This document shows positions 8,268 through 16,644 of a DNA stretch of 33,140 nt, in pieces. Position numbers and translations under genes: made by a program. Each line of letters begins with the position of its first letter. The first letter of the stretch is position 1. Origin of the DNA: Aquirufa sp. (GTDB lineage Bacteria; Bacteroidota; Bacteroidia; Cytophagales; Spirosomataceae); assembly GCA_044338355.1 (NCBI GenBank), contig JBIILT010000001.1, positions 1 through 33,140 on the forward strand, in the 5' to 3' direction. Below the pieces are notes generated by a model. It worked only from the letters and a program-made list of their open reading frames with translations, made no database searches and had not been told where the DNA came from.

Positions 8268-9605
8268 ATGAAAAATCTATTCGCCGGAATCACCTTCCTT
8301 TTGATTCCTATTCTGGGATTTTCACAAACCAAAATCACTCCAGAAAACGCACTAAAAAGCTATTTAACTAATGGCGACGCAAACTACTCTTGGGAAATAA
8401 AAGATTCCACCAGTATGGGAAGCACAAAAGCTTATCAAGTATTACTAAGCTCCCAAAAGTGGCGCGGTATCAAATGGACGCACCAGCTCACCATTATCGT
8501 TCCGGGAACCATACAATATGATGGCGCGCTGTTTTTTATAGATGGAGGAAGCAACAAGGATGAGCTACCAAACTGGAGCAAAGACAGTCGCCTTTGGCCT
8601 GTCTTAGGTACTATCGCCATCAAAAATAAAGCGGTAGTAGCGATCATAAGACAAGTCCCTAATCAACCCTTTTTTGACGGTAAGACGGAAGATGAATTAA
8701 TCACCTATACCCTAAATGAATTCCGAAAAGACAAGGATTATTCTTGGCCATTATTGTTTCCGATGGTGAAATCAGCCGTGAAAGGAATGGATGCAGTTCA
8801 GGAAATTATTGCACAAAAAACGAAGCAAAAAATCAACGATTTTGTCATTTCTGGAGCGTCTAAACGCGGTTGGACGACTTGGCTTTCAAGTGCAATTGAT
8901 GACAAGCGAGTGAAGGCGATCGGTCCTATGGTGATTGATATGTTGAACATGCCTAAAACCTTAAGTTACCAGTTTGAAACCTATGGGGAATACAGTGATC
9001 AGATAGAGGATTACGTTAAAATTGGCATCCCGCAAAGCACGGAATCTCCGGACGGCAAAGCCATCACCTCCATGGTTGACCCTTATTCCTATCGAACAAA
9101 GCTGACGGTTCCTAAGATGATTTTTGTAGCGACGAACGATCCTTATTGGACGGCGGATGCTATTAAACATTATTTTGGCCAAATTCCTGGTAAAAATTTA
9201 ATCCATTATGTGCCAAACGCCGGACACGATTTAGCCGGAGGAAAACAGGCGCTGGAAGGATTGAGCGCCTTCTTTGGCCTAACTTTACAAAACAAAGAAT
9301 ATCCCGTAAGCACCTGGAATGTGGAAAAAGGAAAAGAAGGATTTGAATTAACCGTGCAAGCAAAACCGGAGGAGTTAGTAGAGGCGGCAATTTGGGCAAC
9401 CACCTCAGCGGATCGCGATTTCCGCAATAATTTATGGCTAACACGCCGAGTGAAATTAGAAGGTTCTACAGCAAAATATACCATCCCATATGTGAAGAAA
9501 GGATTCCAATCCTTCTACATGGACCTAAAATACAAAGATCCGAACGGCGGAACTTACACGGTGAGTACCCGCATATTTACGACGGATACGAACAATGTAT
9601 TATAA
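8268..9605 (+). CDS. PhoPQ-activated pathogenicity-related (PqaA) family alpha/beta hydrolase
   Basis: Start reassigned to MKNLFAG (8268), which gives a signal peptide. Motifs SQKWRG..WTH, QVPNQP, WPLLFPMVKSA, SGASKRGWTTW, VDPYSY and PNAGH. Confidence 0.9.
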   Translation: MKNLFAGITFLLIPILGFSQTKITPENALKSYLTNGDANYSWEIKDSTSMGSTKAYQVLLSSQKWRGIKWTHQLTIIVPGTIQYDGALFFIDGGSNKDELPNWSKDSRLWPVLGTIAIKNKAVVAIIRQVPNQPFFDGKTEDELITYTLNEFRKDKDYSWPLLFPMVKSAVKGMDAVQEIIAQKTKQKINDFVISGASKRGWTTWLSSAIDDKRVKAIGPMVIDMLNMPKTLSYQFETYGEYSDQIEDYVKIGIPQSTESPDGKAITSMVDPYSYRTKLTVPKMIFVATNDPYWTADAIKHYFGQIPGKNLIHYVPNAGHDLAGGKQALEGLSAFFGLTLQNKEYPVSTWNVEKGKEGFELTVQAKPEELVEAAIWATTSADRDFRNNLWLTRRVKLEGSTAKYTIPYVKKGFQSFYMDLKYKDPNGGTYTVSTRIFTTDTNNVL

Positions 9606-9636
9606 AAAAAGGGGGGCAATAAAAGCCTCCCTTTTT
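9604..9636. terminator. Bidirectional terminator between convergent genes
   Basis: A-run + GGGGGGC / GCCTCCC + T-run. Confidence 0.75.
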
Positions 9637-9660
9637 GTCTCAAACCCTAAACAAAATACT

Positions 9661-10218
9661 TTATTTCTTTTGAGATGCAGCTACCTCCGCTTTTAAAGTA
9701 GATGGATCGAACATGCGATAAATGGATACAATTTTGCCGTCTTTCCACCATAAAACCATATGAAGAGGCACCTTCGTTTCCATGTTTGTATATTTCCCTT
9801 TGCCAGTCCACATTCCCCAATAGCCTGTGGCTACTTTTCCATCTGTTGATGTGAACGTTTTAAGATCCCCAGGCTTTAATGACATAGTGATATCGCTGAA
9901 AATAGTATGAGTATACATATCCGCATTAATAAAGGCAGAGCGTCCTCCTGGACTAACTTTTATATTATTTAAGCTATCAACATTCTGGGCAAAACCATCA
10001 TACGCTTTCAGCGTATCTACAAATAATTCATGTGCAACTGAAGAATCCCCTTTCATGTAGGACTCGATCAATTCCTTCGCTTTGGCTGTCTTGTCATCTA
10101 AGGATACATAACTTCCAGCATCGGGATCACCAGAAGTAACAGCATCTGCCTTTTTTTCTGGTGCGTTACAAGCAAACATGGTTGCTAGTACGATCATTGA
10201 TAAGAATACTTTTTTCAT
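9661..10218 (-). CDS. NTF2/SnoaL-like fold lipoprotein, paralog B
   Basis: Lipobox MFA-C; WGMWTGKGKYTN...VPLHMVLWWKDGKIVSIYRMFD resembles a SnoaL C-terminal sheet. Paralog of the adjacent gene. Confidence 0.7.
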   Translation of the reverse strand: MKKVFLSMIVLATMFACNAPEKKADAVTSGDPDAGSYVSLDDKTAKAKELIESYMKGDSSVAHELFVDTLKAYDGFAQNVDSLNNIKVSPGGRSAFINADMYTHTIFSDITMSLKPGDLKTFTSTDGKVATGYWGMWTGKGKYTNMETKVPLHMVLWWKDGKIVSIYRMFDPSTLKAEVAASQKK

Positions 10219-10243
10219 TTTGATTATAGGTTAAACAGGTGAA

Positions 10244-10792
10244 TTATTTAGTTTTTGATGCAGCGACCTCCGCGTATAAAACTGTTGGGTCAAAATAGCG
10301 GTATTCAGTAACGATTTTATCGCCTTCCCAAATAAAGGCAAGATGTAATGGAGCCGAAATGTCTTTATTTGTAAACTTTCCTTTACCAGTCCACATACAC
10401 CAAACTCCGGTATGAACTCTTCCGTCAGCAAAAACGAAAGTCTTAATGTTATCCGTCGTTACCTTGATATCCGTGAAAAAATCATGGTTCATGCGCTCAT
10501 TCGCAGCAAAACCTGCACGTCCGCCAGGATTTGGCTTTGTTTTTCCGCCTTCTTGGTTAGCGGCCATTTGATCATAAATCTTAACCGTATCCACATAGAT
10601 TTCATAAATCTTTGTTGAATCATTTTTCATGTAGGCTTCCAAGGCCTCCCTTACTTTTTGAGACTTTTCATTTTGTGAAGAAAATGTTCCCGTATCTGGA
10701 TCAGAAGATGATGCGGTATCAGCCTTTTTTTCTGGTGATGTACAAGCAAACATCGTTGCTGCGATCATCAAGGGTAATAGTAATTTTTTCAT
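10244..10792 (-). CDS. NTF2/SnoaL-like fold lipoprotein, paralog A
   Basis: Start reassigned to MKKLLLPL (10792). Lipobox MFA-C; WCMWTGKGKFTN...PLHLAFIWEGDKIVTEYRYFD. Confidence 0.7.
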   Translation of the reverse strand: MKKLLLPLMIAATMFACTSPEKKADTASSSDPDTGTFSSQNEKSQKVREALEAYMKNDSTKIYEIYVDTVKIYDQMAANQEGGKTKPNPGGRAGFAANERMNHDFFTDIKVTTDNIKTFVFADGRVHTGVWCMWTGKGKFTNKDISAPLHLAFIWEGDKIVTEYRYFDPTVLYAEVAASKTK

Positions 10793-10824
10793 AATAAATA
10801 GTAAATTTAGAATAGTTAGTTTGC

Positions 10825-10922
10825 CAAATATAAGTATCATTTTGACACTAAAAACAAATTCTGTATTATTTTACTAAAATTAATGTAACAAAAAAGCCCC
10901 CGGTAGAATTACCGGGGGCTCT
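10825..10922 (-). repeat. 98-bp terminator+operator+promoter module, copy A
   Basis: On the minus strand: hairpin AGCCCCCGGTA/TACCGGGGGCT with T-tail, TTTG, palindrome AGTGTCA-AAA-TGATACT (10833-10849) and -7 TATATTTG. Aligns ungapped to 31414-31511. Confidence 0.88.
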
Positions 10923-10945
10923 GAAAATCAAAAGAATAAGATTAC

Positions 10946-11392
10946 TTAAATAACGAGAGATTCTTTAAATGACTTGTAACTTTCTATCATTTCATTGATA
11001 TAATTCTTCTTATCATTTTTCATTCTAGTTTTTACGATTCCAGTATAGGTATCCCCTAAATGATCATAAAAGAAATCAGTCGTAAAAATGGCCATTTCTA
11101 CCATGATGGGAAAGGTTTCCATTCCTTTTTCCTCTAGTAAATAGTGAACATTCTTCTTGTTTAATACCCCCTTCATTCTGCTTACAAAACCCGTTGACTC
11201 TAATCTCTTCAGTCGATTGGAAAGCATTTTGCTAGGCATTAACTCAGGAGCGGTTTTGAATTCATTAAAGGTGGATTTATGGAAAAATATCATATCTCTC
11301 AATATCAATAGAGACCATTTATCGCCTAAAACATCCAATCCAGTAGCTATAGGGCACAAAGATCGAAACATATCCTTATTGTTCTTTTTCAT
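10946..11392 (-). CDS. HxlR/DUF24 family winged-helix regulator with N-terminal Cys
   Basis: RSLCPIATGLDVLGDKWSLLILRD...LSNRLKRLE..G. ATG at 11392 is preferred, with a TATTTTTG -7 element at 11402-11409. Confidence 0.9.
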   Translation of the reverse strand: MKKNNKDMFRSLCPIATGLDVLGDKWSLLILRDMIFFHKSTFNEFKTAPELMPSKMLSNRLKRLESTGFVSRMKGVLNKKNVHYLLEEKGMETFPIMVEMAIFTTDFFYDHLGDTYTGIVKTRMKNDKKNYINEMIESYKSFKESLVI

Positions 11393-11416
11393 ATTGGCGC
11401 GCAAAAATAAGAATTG

Positions 11417-12289
11417 TTAGTTAAATCCGATTTTCGCTAAACCCTTATGGCTAATCACAATTGCCTCTAAAGCCGTTTCATTAAAACAAGCATCTTGCTC
11501 CACGAAATAATACTGCATTCCTGACAATTTCTTGTTGTCAAGAACACGTTTGAAATCAATTTTCCCGTTTCCTACTGGTGCGAAACGACCTTGATCATCC
11601 ATATCTTTTACATGCCAAATCTTGAAACGACCTGGATAACGCTTGAAATAAGCCACTGGATCTGCGCCTGCTTTCGTCACCCAATATAAATCCATTTGGA
11701 AATTAACATACTTCGGGTTGCAATTCTCTAATAAATAATCAATCACTACGGTTCCGTCTGCGTCTTTCACGAATTCGAAATCATGGTTGTGATACAATAA
11801 TTGTAAACCAGCGGCAGCACATTTCTCGCCTAATTTATCCAGGATTTGAGCTAAGTTTTTAGCCCCCCCCTTCATGGTCATTTTTTTCCCGTCATGTCCA
11901 AATAAGCCCATAGGAGGTACTGGAATGACAAAGTATTTAAATCCTGCCGTCTTTAGGTCAGCAATTTGCTGATCAATGTTTTCAAAATTAGCAGTTCCTT
12001 GGTGTGCAGAGATCGGAGTTAATTTCATCTCCGCTAAAAGGGATTTGAAATCCGCTGGAGATAAATTATAAAACTTGCCGTTTTCGTAACCCGCTGACTC
12101 CACGTTTACGTAACCTGCTTGTGCTACTTTTTCTAACGTCGCGCGCGCATCTTTCATCGCATCACGCACCGTGTACAAGGCTAATCCCCCAAAAGGCTTT
12201 TCGGCCCGAACATCTTTATCTGAAGGTTTAAAGGAAACCAGCGACAACGCCATGAAGGCGCCTATGATAATAATTGATTTAATTTTCAT
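11417..12289 (-). CDS. Sugar phosphate isomerase/epimerase (xylose-isomerase-like TIM barrel), exported
   Basis: GLALYTVRD, YHNHDFEF, QMDLYW, HVKD, VGNGKIDF and FVEQD motifs, with an N-terminal signal peptide. Confidence 0.92.
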   Translation of the reverse strand: MKIKSIIIIGAFMALSLVSFKPSDKDVRAEKPFGGLALYTVRDAMKDARATLEKVAQAGYVNVESAGYENGKFYNLSPADFKSLLAEMKLTPISAHQGTANFENIDQQIADLKTAGFKYFVIPVPPMGLFGHDGKKMTMKGGAKNLAQILDKLGEKCAAAGLQLLYHNHDFEFVKDADGTVVIDYLLENCNPKYVNFQMDLYWVTKAGADPVAYFKRYPGRFKIWHVKDMDDQGRFAPVGNGKIDFKRVLDNKKLSGMQYYFVEQDACFNETALEAIVISHKGLAKIGFN

Positions 12290-12360
12290 GGTTACTATAG
12301 TATGATTTTTGTTGAAAGTCGAATTTAATGTATTTATTTGATAAAATGGCTCACAATCGA

Positions 12361-12705
12361 TTATCGAAAATTCAATAAAATGCGTTTGCGGTCCTCATTC
12401 TCCTTCGCATTCTTATGATAAAGCTCCACGAAGACAATTTTGTCCTCTTCAGGGAAATGAGCATAAATCAACCGAAGTCCCGAATTAACTCCACGTCCTT
12501 TTAAAGACTTACAAGCTATTTTCTTCACCTTGATTACACAAGTGCTTAGCGCTAAATCGCTTATTTCAAAACTGAATGGTGGGCGCTCATTAGGAACGAC
12601 AATTAAGACCTGCTTAACTACCTCTATATCTTCAGGCAGCGAACGGTATTTCTTTATTAATGACTTTAGGTCTTTTTTATATTCCTCTAACTCTAGAAAG
12701 ATCAT
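12361..12705 (-). CDS. RelE/ParE-superfamily-like toxin
   Basis: Basic 114-aa protein (YKKDLKSLIKKYRSL..DI; KGRGVNSGLRLIY...VELYHK) with an ATGA overlap with the upstream antitoxin-like gene. Confidence 0.7.
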   Translation of the reverse strand: MIFLELEEYKKDLKSLIKKYRSLPEDIEVVKQVLIVVPNERPPFSFEISDLALSTCVIKVKKIACKSLKGRGVNSGLRLIYAHFPEEDKIVFVELYHKNAKENEDRKRILLNFR

Positions 12706-13508
12706 TGCTCCTCCTTCTCCTCTCCATAATTTCTAACGGAGAAAGGAGCCTCCCGATAAAATGCAAGTTCATAATTGATTACTTCCCCATCTTTAGTAGC
12801 AAGCCAGGGCAAATCTTTATGAGAATATTGGCTGATCGAAGCTGCTGACCAATCGCTCATTTGTTCAATCACGCGATCTATCACTTCTGTTTCACTGGCT
12901 TTCAACTCTTTTAAATTTGCTTTAACAAGCGGCAAATAGCGTGTTTGAGCATAGCCGCGATATACTGTTTTCACACGTTGCAATTGCTCCTTTTCAATCA
13001 TCTGCTGAATCAGTGAATCCAGTTTTTGAGGAACAGGGCCATAGGGTAATTTCCGGTATTTCGCACCCGTTAAATGCTCTTCATACAATTCATAATAATT
13101 GAAATCAGAGAAATAAAGGAGTTTATATAATACCGTTTCCCCTACATTTGGTTTTCCTGCGCAGCGCTCAAGCATGTAAAGCAATACATTTTTAAACTTT
13201 TCTGCGTGGAACTTGGGAATAGAAATTCGTTCTTTTTTTTCCAAAGATGGAGCGTCTTCGAACACAAAATCAGGATTCAATTCAAAGTCAGCCGACAAAA
13301 ATTCATCCAACGAAAACTCCAAGTGTATCGATAACTTTTGAAGCTCTAGGACGTCTACGCCCCTGTTTCCTAATTCAATTTGCGTTAAGGAAGATCTAGA
13401 AATCTGAACACTTTTCGCCAAATCCTCTTGAGACAAACCCTTCCTTTTTCGAAGTTCAGTCACCCGAAAACCAATATCTTTTTTAGTCAGCTTATCCTCC
13501 ATGTCCAT
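12702..13508 (-). CDS. XRE-HTH fused to DUF4065 (Panacea/SocA) antitoxin domain
   Basis: N-terminal LRKRKGLSQEDLA..VQISRSSLTQIELG, then LYKLLYFSDF, YGPVP and SHKDLPW Panacea motifs. Confidence 0.88.
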   Translation of the reverse strand: MDMEDKLTKKDIGFRVTELRKRKGLSQEDLAKSVQISRSSLTQIELGNRGVDVLELQKLSIHLEFSLDEFLSADFELNPDFVFEDAPSLEKKERISIPKFHAEKFKNVLLYMLERCAGKPNVGETVLYKLLYFSDFNYYELYEEHLTGAKYRKLPYGPVPQKLDSLIQQMIEKEQLQRVKTVYRGYAQTRYLPLVKANLKELKASETEVIDRVIEQMSDWSAASISQYSHKDLPWLATKDGEVINYELAFYREAPFSVRNYGEEKEEQ

Positions 13509-13532
13509 TCTGTTTTAATTTTGGGAATAAAA

Positions 13533-13586
13533 CAAAGATACACAATTGTTAGATAAAAGAACTATTAAATGTTTGATAATAAAACA
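13533..13586 (-). promoter_or_regulatory. Promoter and possible autoregulatory sites of the HTH-Panacea operon
   Basis: Minus-strand TATCTTTG (13533-13540). Two related 17-mers, TGTTAGATAAAAGAACT (13547) and TGTTTGATAATAAAACA (13570), the second with palindromic ends. Confidence 0.45.
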
Positions 13587-13600
13587 ATATGGGCTGTGCC

Positions 13601-13891
13601 CTAGTTAGCAAAGTGGGCCACTAAACTCTCCCACTCTTCCTCTAATGTATGTGACGGCCGCAATTTCTTGGCTCTAGCATACCAATAATCAGCGTTCCAA
13701 CTATCCCCTTCCTTTCGGTGCAAATAGGCATGTACCCAGGCTGCCTCCGCACCGGGTAATTGATCGACAAAATCGTGTGCTGTTTTCCAATCACCTTTAG
13801 CGTCATACCACAGACTTTTAAGTTGGGGTGAGAACGCCGGATCAGGGGCGTCTTGTGATAAAGATTCTCTGAATGATTTGCTGCTTTTCAT
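13601..13891 (-). CDS. Conserved hypothetical protein (96 aa)
   Basis: LWYDAKGDW..AH...WVHAYLHRKEGD..NADYWY motif of a widespread uncharacterised family. Confidence 0.85.
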   Translation of the reverse strand: MKSSKSFRESLSQDAPDPAFSPQLKSLWYDAKGDWKTAHDFVDQLPGAEAAWVHAYLHRKEGDSWNADYWYARAKKLRPSHTLEEEWESLVAHFAN

Positions 13892-13942
13892 AACGTAAAT
13901 ATGAATATAAAATAGTTATTTCACGGTCATCAAACATTAAAA

Positions 13943-15073
13943 ATGAAAAAGGCGACTACTCTACTTCTGCTATTTTTATCTATTCAATTAAGTGCGCAAT
14001 CTTCTTTATTTAAAAAAGTAGAACGAGTTTTAAAGGCCCAAATCATCGCCCAAGCGAACCAAAATTTAACCGAAAAGCCCATCACCGTTACCAGTTTTCA
14101 TAGTGAAAGATCTGCCGGTGGACGGCACGATTTTTTCTCCGAAGGAGATTATTGGTGGCCAGATCCTGCAAATCCCAATGGCCCTTACATTCAAAAAGAT
14201 GGACTAACTAATCCAGCCAATTTTACTGCACATCGCAAGGCGATGATACGCTTTAGCCAGATTGTCGCGAATCAAACTTCTGCCTATTTAATCACAGGGC
14301 GTCCTAATTACGCGAATCAAGCTATTAAACATATAAAAGCTTGGATGGTGGACACAACAACGATGATGAGTCCGCACCTATTGTATGCGCAAGCTATCAA
14401 GGGAAAAGTGACGGGACGAGGGGTTGGAATCATTGATATGATCCAACTGATTGAGGTTGCGAAAAGTACTGAGATTTTGGAAAAACGCCAGCTGATAAAT
14501 CCCGAAGATCGACTGCAAATTCATGCCTGGTTTACCAACTATTTACGTTGGGTAACCACGCATCCATACGGAATAGATGAGCGGGAGGCTAAGAATAATC
14601 ACGGTACGTGCTGGGTCATGCAGGTGGGTGCATTTGCCCATTTGGTGAAGGATGAGGTGCTTTTAACTTACTGCAAAGACCGTTTTCTGAATGTGATTTT
14701 ACCCAATCAGATGGATGAGCGCGGAGCCTTTCCATTAGAACTAAAGCGGACAAAGCCCTATGGTTATTCCCTATTTAACCTAGATGCGGTTATGACAACA
14801 GCTCATATTTTTAAGGTCAAAAATGCCTCCCTAAAAAAGGGGATCGACTTTTTGTATCCTTATGTTAAGGACAAAAAGAGCTGGCCATTTCCACAAGATG
14901 TGATGTATTGGGAGGAGTGGCCTGTAGCGGCGCCATTTTTATTGTTTGGCTATCAAGATTACGCTGAAGCTAGCTGGTATGAAACCTGGGAAAAACTAAC
15001 TCATTTTCCAGAAAATGAAGAGGTGATTCGGAATCTGCCTATTCGAAATCCATTGATTTGGTTAGTAGATTAA
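13943..15073 (+). CDS. Alginate lyase family protein (alpha/alpha toroid)
   Basis: Signal peptide, then HDFFSEGDYWWP, PYIQKDG..NP, GRGVGIID, NNHGT and ELKRTKPYGYS. Confidence 0.88.
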   Translation: MKKATTLLLLFLSIQLSAQSSLFKKVERVLKAQIIAQANQNLTEKPITVTSFHSERSAGGRHDFFSEGDYWWPDPANPNGPYIQKDGLTNPANFTAHRKAMIRFSQIVANQTSAYLITGRPNYANQAIKHIKAWMVDTTTMMSPHLLYAQAIKGKVTGRGVGIIDMIQLIEVAKSTEILEKRQLINPEDRLQIHAWFTNYLRWVTTHPYGIDEREAKNNHGTCWVMQVGAFAHLVKDEVLLTYCKDRFLNVILPNQMDERGAFPLELKRTKPYGYSLFNLDAVMTTAHIFKVKNASLKKGIDFLYPYVKDKKSWPFPQDVMYWEEWPVAAPFLLFGYQDYAEASWYETWEKLTHFPENEEVIRNLPIRNPLIWLVD

Positions 15074-15086
15074 GCTCTATCATTAG

Positions 15087-15114
15087 ACGAACCGTCTTTT
15101 CAAAGACGGTTCGT
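15087..15114. terminator. Hairpin between convergent genes (probable terminator)
   Basis: ACGAACCGTCTTT/AAAGACGGTTCGT perfect inverted repeat; no strong U-tail. Confidence 0.55.
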
Positions 15115-15171
15115 GCGTGACTTCTATTCATACACATAATCCATTCCTATCTTACATGACAAAAATAGGAC

Positions 15172-16488
15172 CTATAACTTTATTCCCCACGCTTTATTCA
15201 ATTTTCTGCCGAGTAATGCATTTGCAGCCGCATCGGTGAATTTTTCAGTTGTTGGATTCCAAGTCAACGATTTATTTACCTCATAGGCAATGTTTCCGAT
15301 GTTACAAACAGAGGCTGTTCTGTGGCCAATTTCCACATCGCAAATTGGCAGCGTGCGATTACGCATCGCAGATAAAAAGTCCTTATAGTGATTTGCGCTA
15401 TCGTAAACGCGCTTTTCATTTGGCCCAATAATACGATCCTTCAAGGCCGCATTGGATGTTTCTAACTTCTTTCTTTGAACACGTAACGTTCCCTCGGTAC
15501 CGACAAACTCGATGGCATTATTCCACTCCCAAGGCTGGTGAGTCATCTGAATTCCATTCGCGTAAGTATAGGTCAAGAATTCATTCCCATTCGATTTCGG
15601 AGCATCCACTCGTACGGGACCGCTTCCGTCCATATCCAATGCCCATTGTACAATATCAAACATGTGAGCGCCCCAATCCGTCATGCCTCCTCCACCAAAT
15701 TCCTTGTATTTTCTCCAATTAGGGAACACATCTTTTGAAATTGGGGGAGCTAATTCAGAATTAAACGAAACAGCGTCATTAGGTCCTAACCACTTCTCAA
15801 AATCTAATCCAGTAGGCAATTCTTCCGCCATTAAATTATACCCTGTTGGAGGGGGGCCTACATTCACTTTAATGGATTTCACTTCCCCTATGTAGCCATT
15901 ACGTATTAAATCGGCTGTTTGTCTAAACTCCGGCCAGGAGCGTTGCATGGATCCTGTTTGAAAAACACGCTTGTATTTCCGCGTCGCATCTACCATGGCA
16001 CGACCCTCTTTTACGGTCAACGAAAGTGGTTTTTCGCAATAAATATCTTTGCCGGCAGCAGCAGCGCGCACCGCCATGGCTGCATGCCAATGGTCTGGAC
16101 TAGCAATGACAACTCCGTCAATATTTTTAAGAGCCAACAGCTCTCTAAAATCTTGGTATTGGGCTATATCAGCATAGGCTCCTAGCGAAGATGATTTGGA
16201 ATAAATCTCTTTTACGCGATCTAAAAATAGATTTGCTTTTGCTTGATACACCTCTGATATGGCAGCAATACGAACCTCTCCTGTGGTCAAAAATGAGTTA
16301 GATAATCCCCTCCCCTGCTTTCCTGTTCCAATAAATCCTAAGTTAATAAGATCGCTAGGCGCCAAGTATGGAGAACCATCTGGACGAATTCCCCCCAAAA
16401 CATGTCGAGGAACGATAAAAAATGAGCCAAAGGCCAAACTTGCATTCGTTAGAAAATCACGTCTTTTAATCGAAGTTGAGGTTTTCAT
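15172..16488 (-). CDS. Gfo/Idh/MocA family oxidoreductase with Tat signal
   Basis: Start reassigned to 16488. KRRDFL Tat motif, IVPRHVLGG, GFIGTGKQG, ASPDHWH, YCEKP and DWGAH. Confidence 0.93.
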   Translation of the reverse strand: MKTSTSIKRRDFLTNASLAFGSFFIVPRHVLGGIRPDGSPYLAPSDLINLGFIGTGKQGRGLSNSFLTTGEVRIAAISEVYQAKANLFLDRVKEIYSKSSSLGAYADIAQYQDFRELLALKNIDGVVIASPDHWHAAMAVRAAAAGKDIYCEKPLSLTVKEGRAMVDATRKYKRVFQTGSMQRSWPEFRQTADLIRNGYIGEVKSIKVNVGPPPTGYNLMAEELPTGLDFEKWLGPNDAVSFNSELAPPISKDVFPNWRKYKEFGGGGMTDWGAHMFDIVQWALDMDGSGPVRVDAPKSNGNEFLTYTYANGIQMTHQPWEWNNAIEFVGTEGTLRVQRKKLETSNAALKDRIIGPNEKRVYDSANHYKDFLSAMRNRTLPICDVEIGHRTASVCNIGNIAYEVNKSLTWNPTTEKFTDAAANALLGRKLNKAWGIKL

Positions 16489-16644
16489 GAGGTAGGTTTG
16501 AGGTTTAATGTTGCGCTTAAAAATCAAATCAACTTAAAATAAATGGAATCCCCAAAATTTATAGAATTATTGTTCTAGAGACTAACAGCCTCTTTGTCAT
16601 ATCGTTAGAAATTTATTAATTTTCAGAAAGGTAAAATTTCCAAG

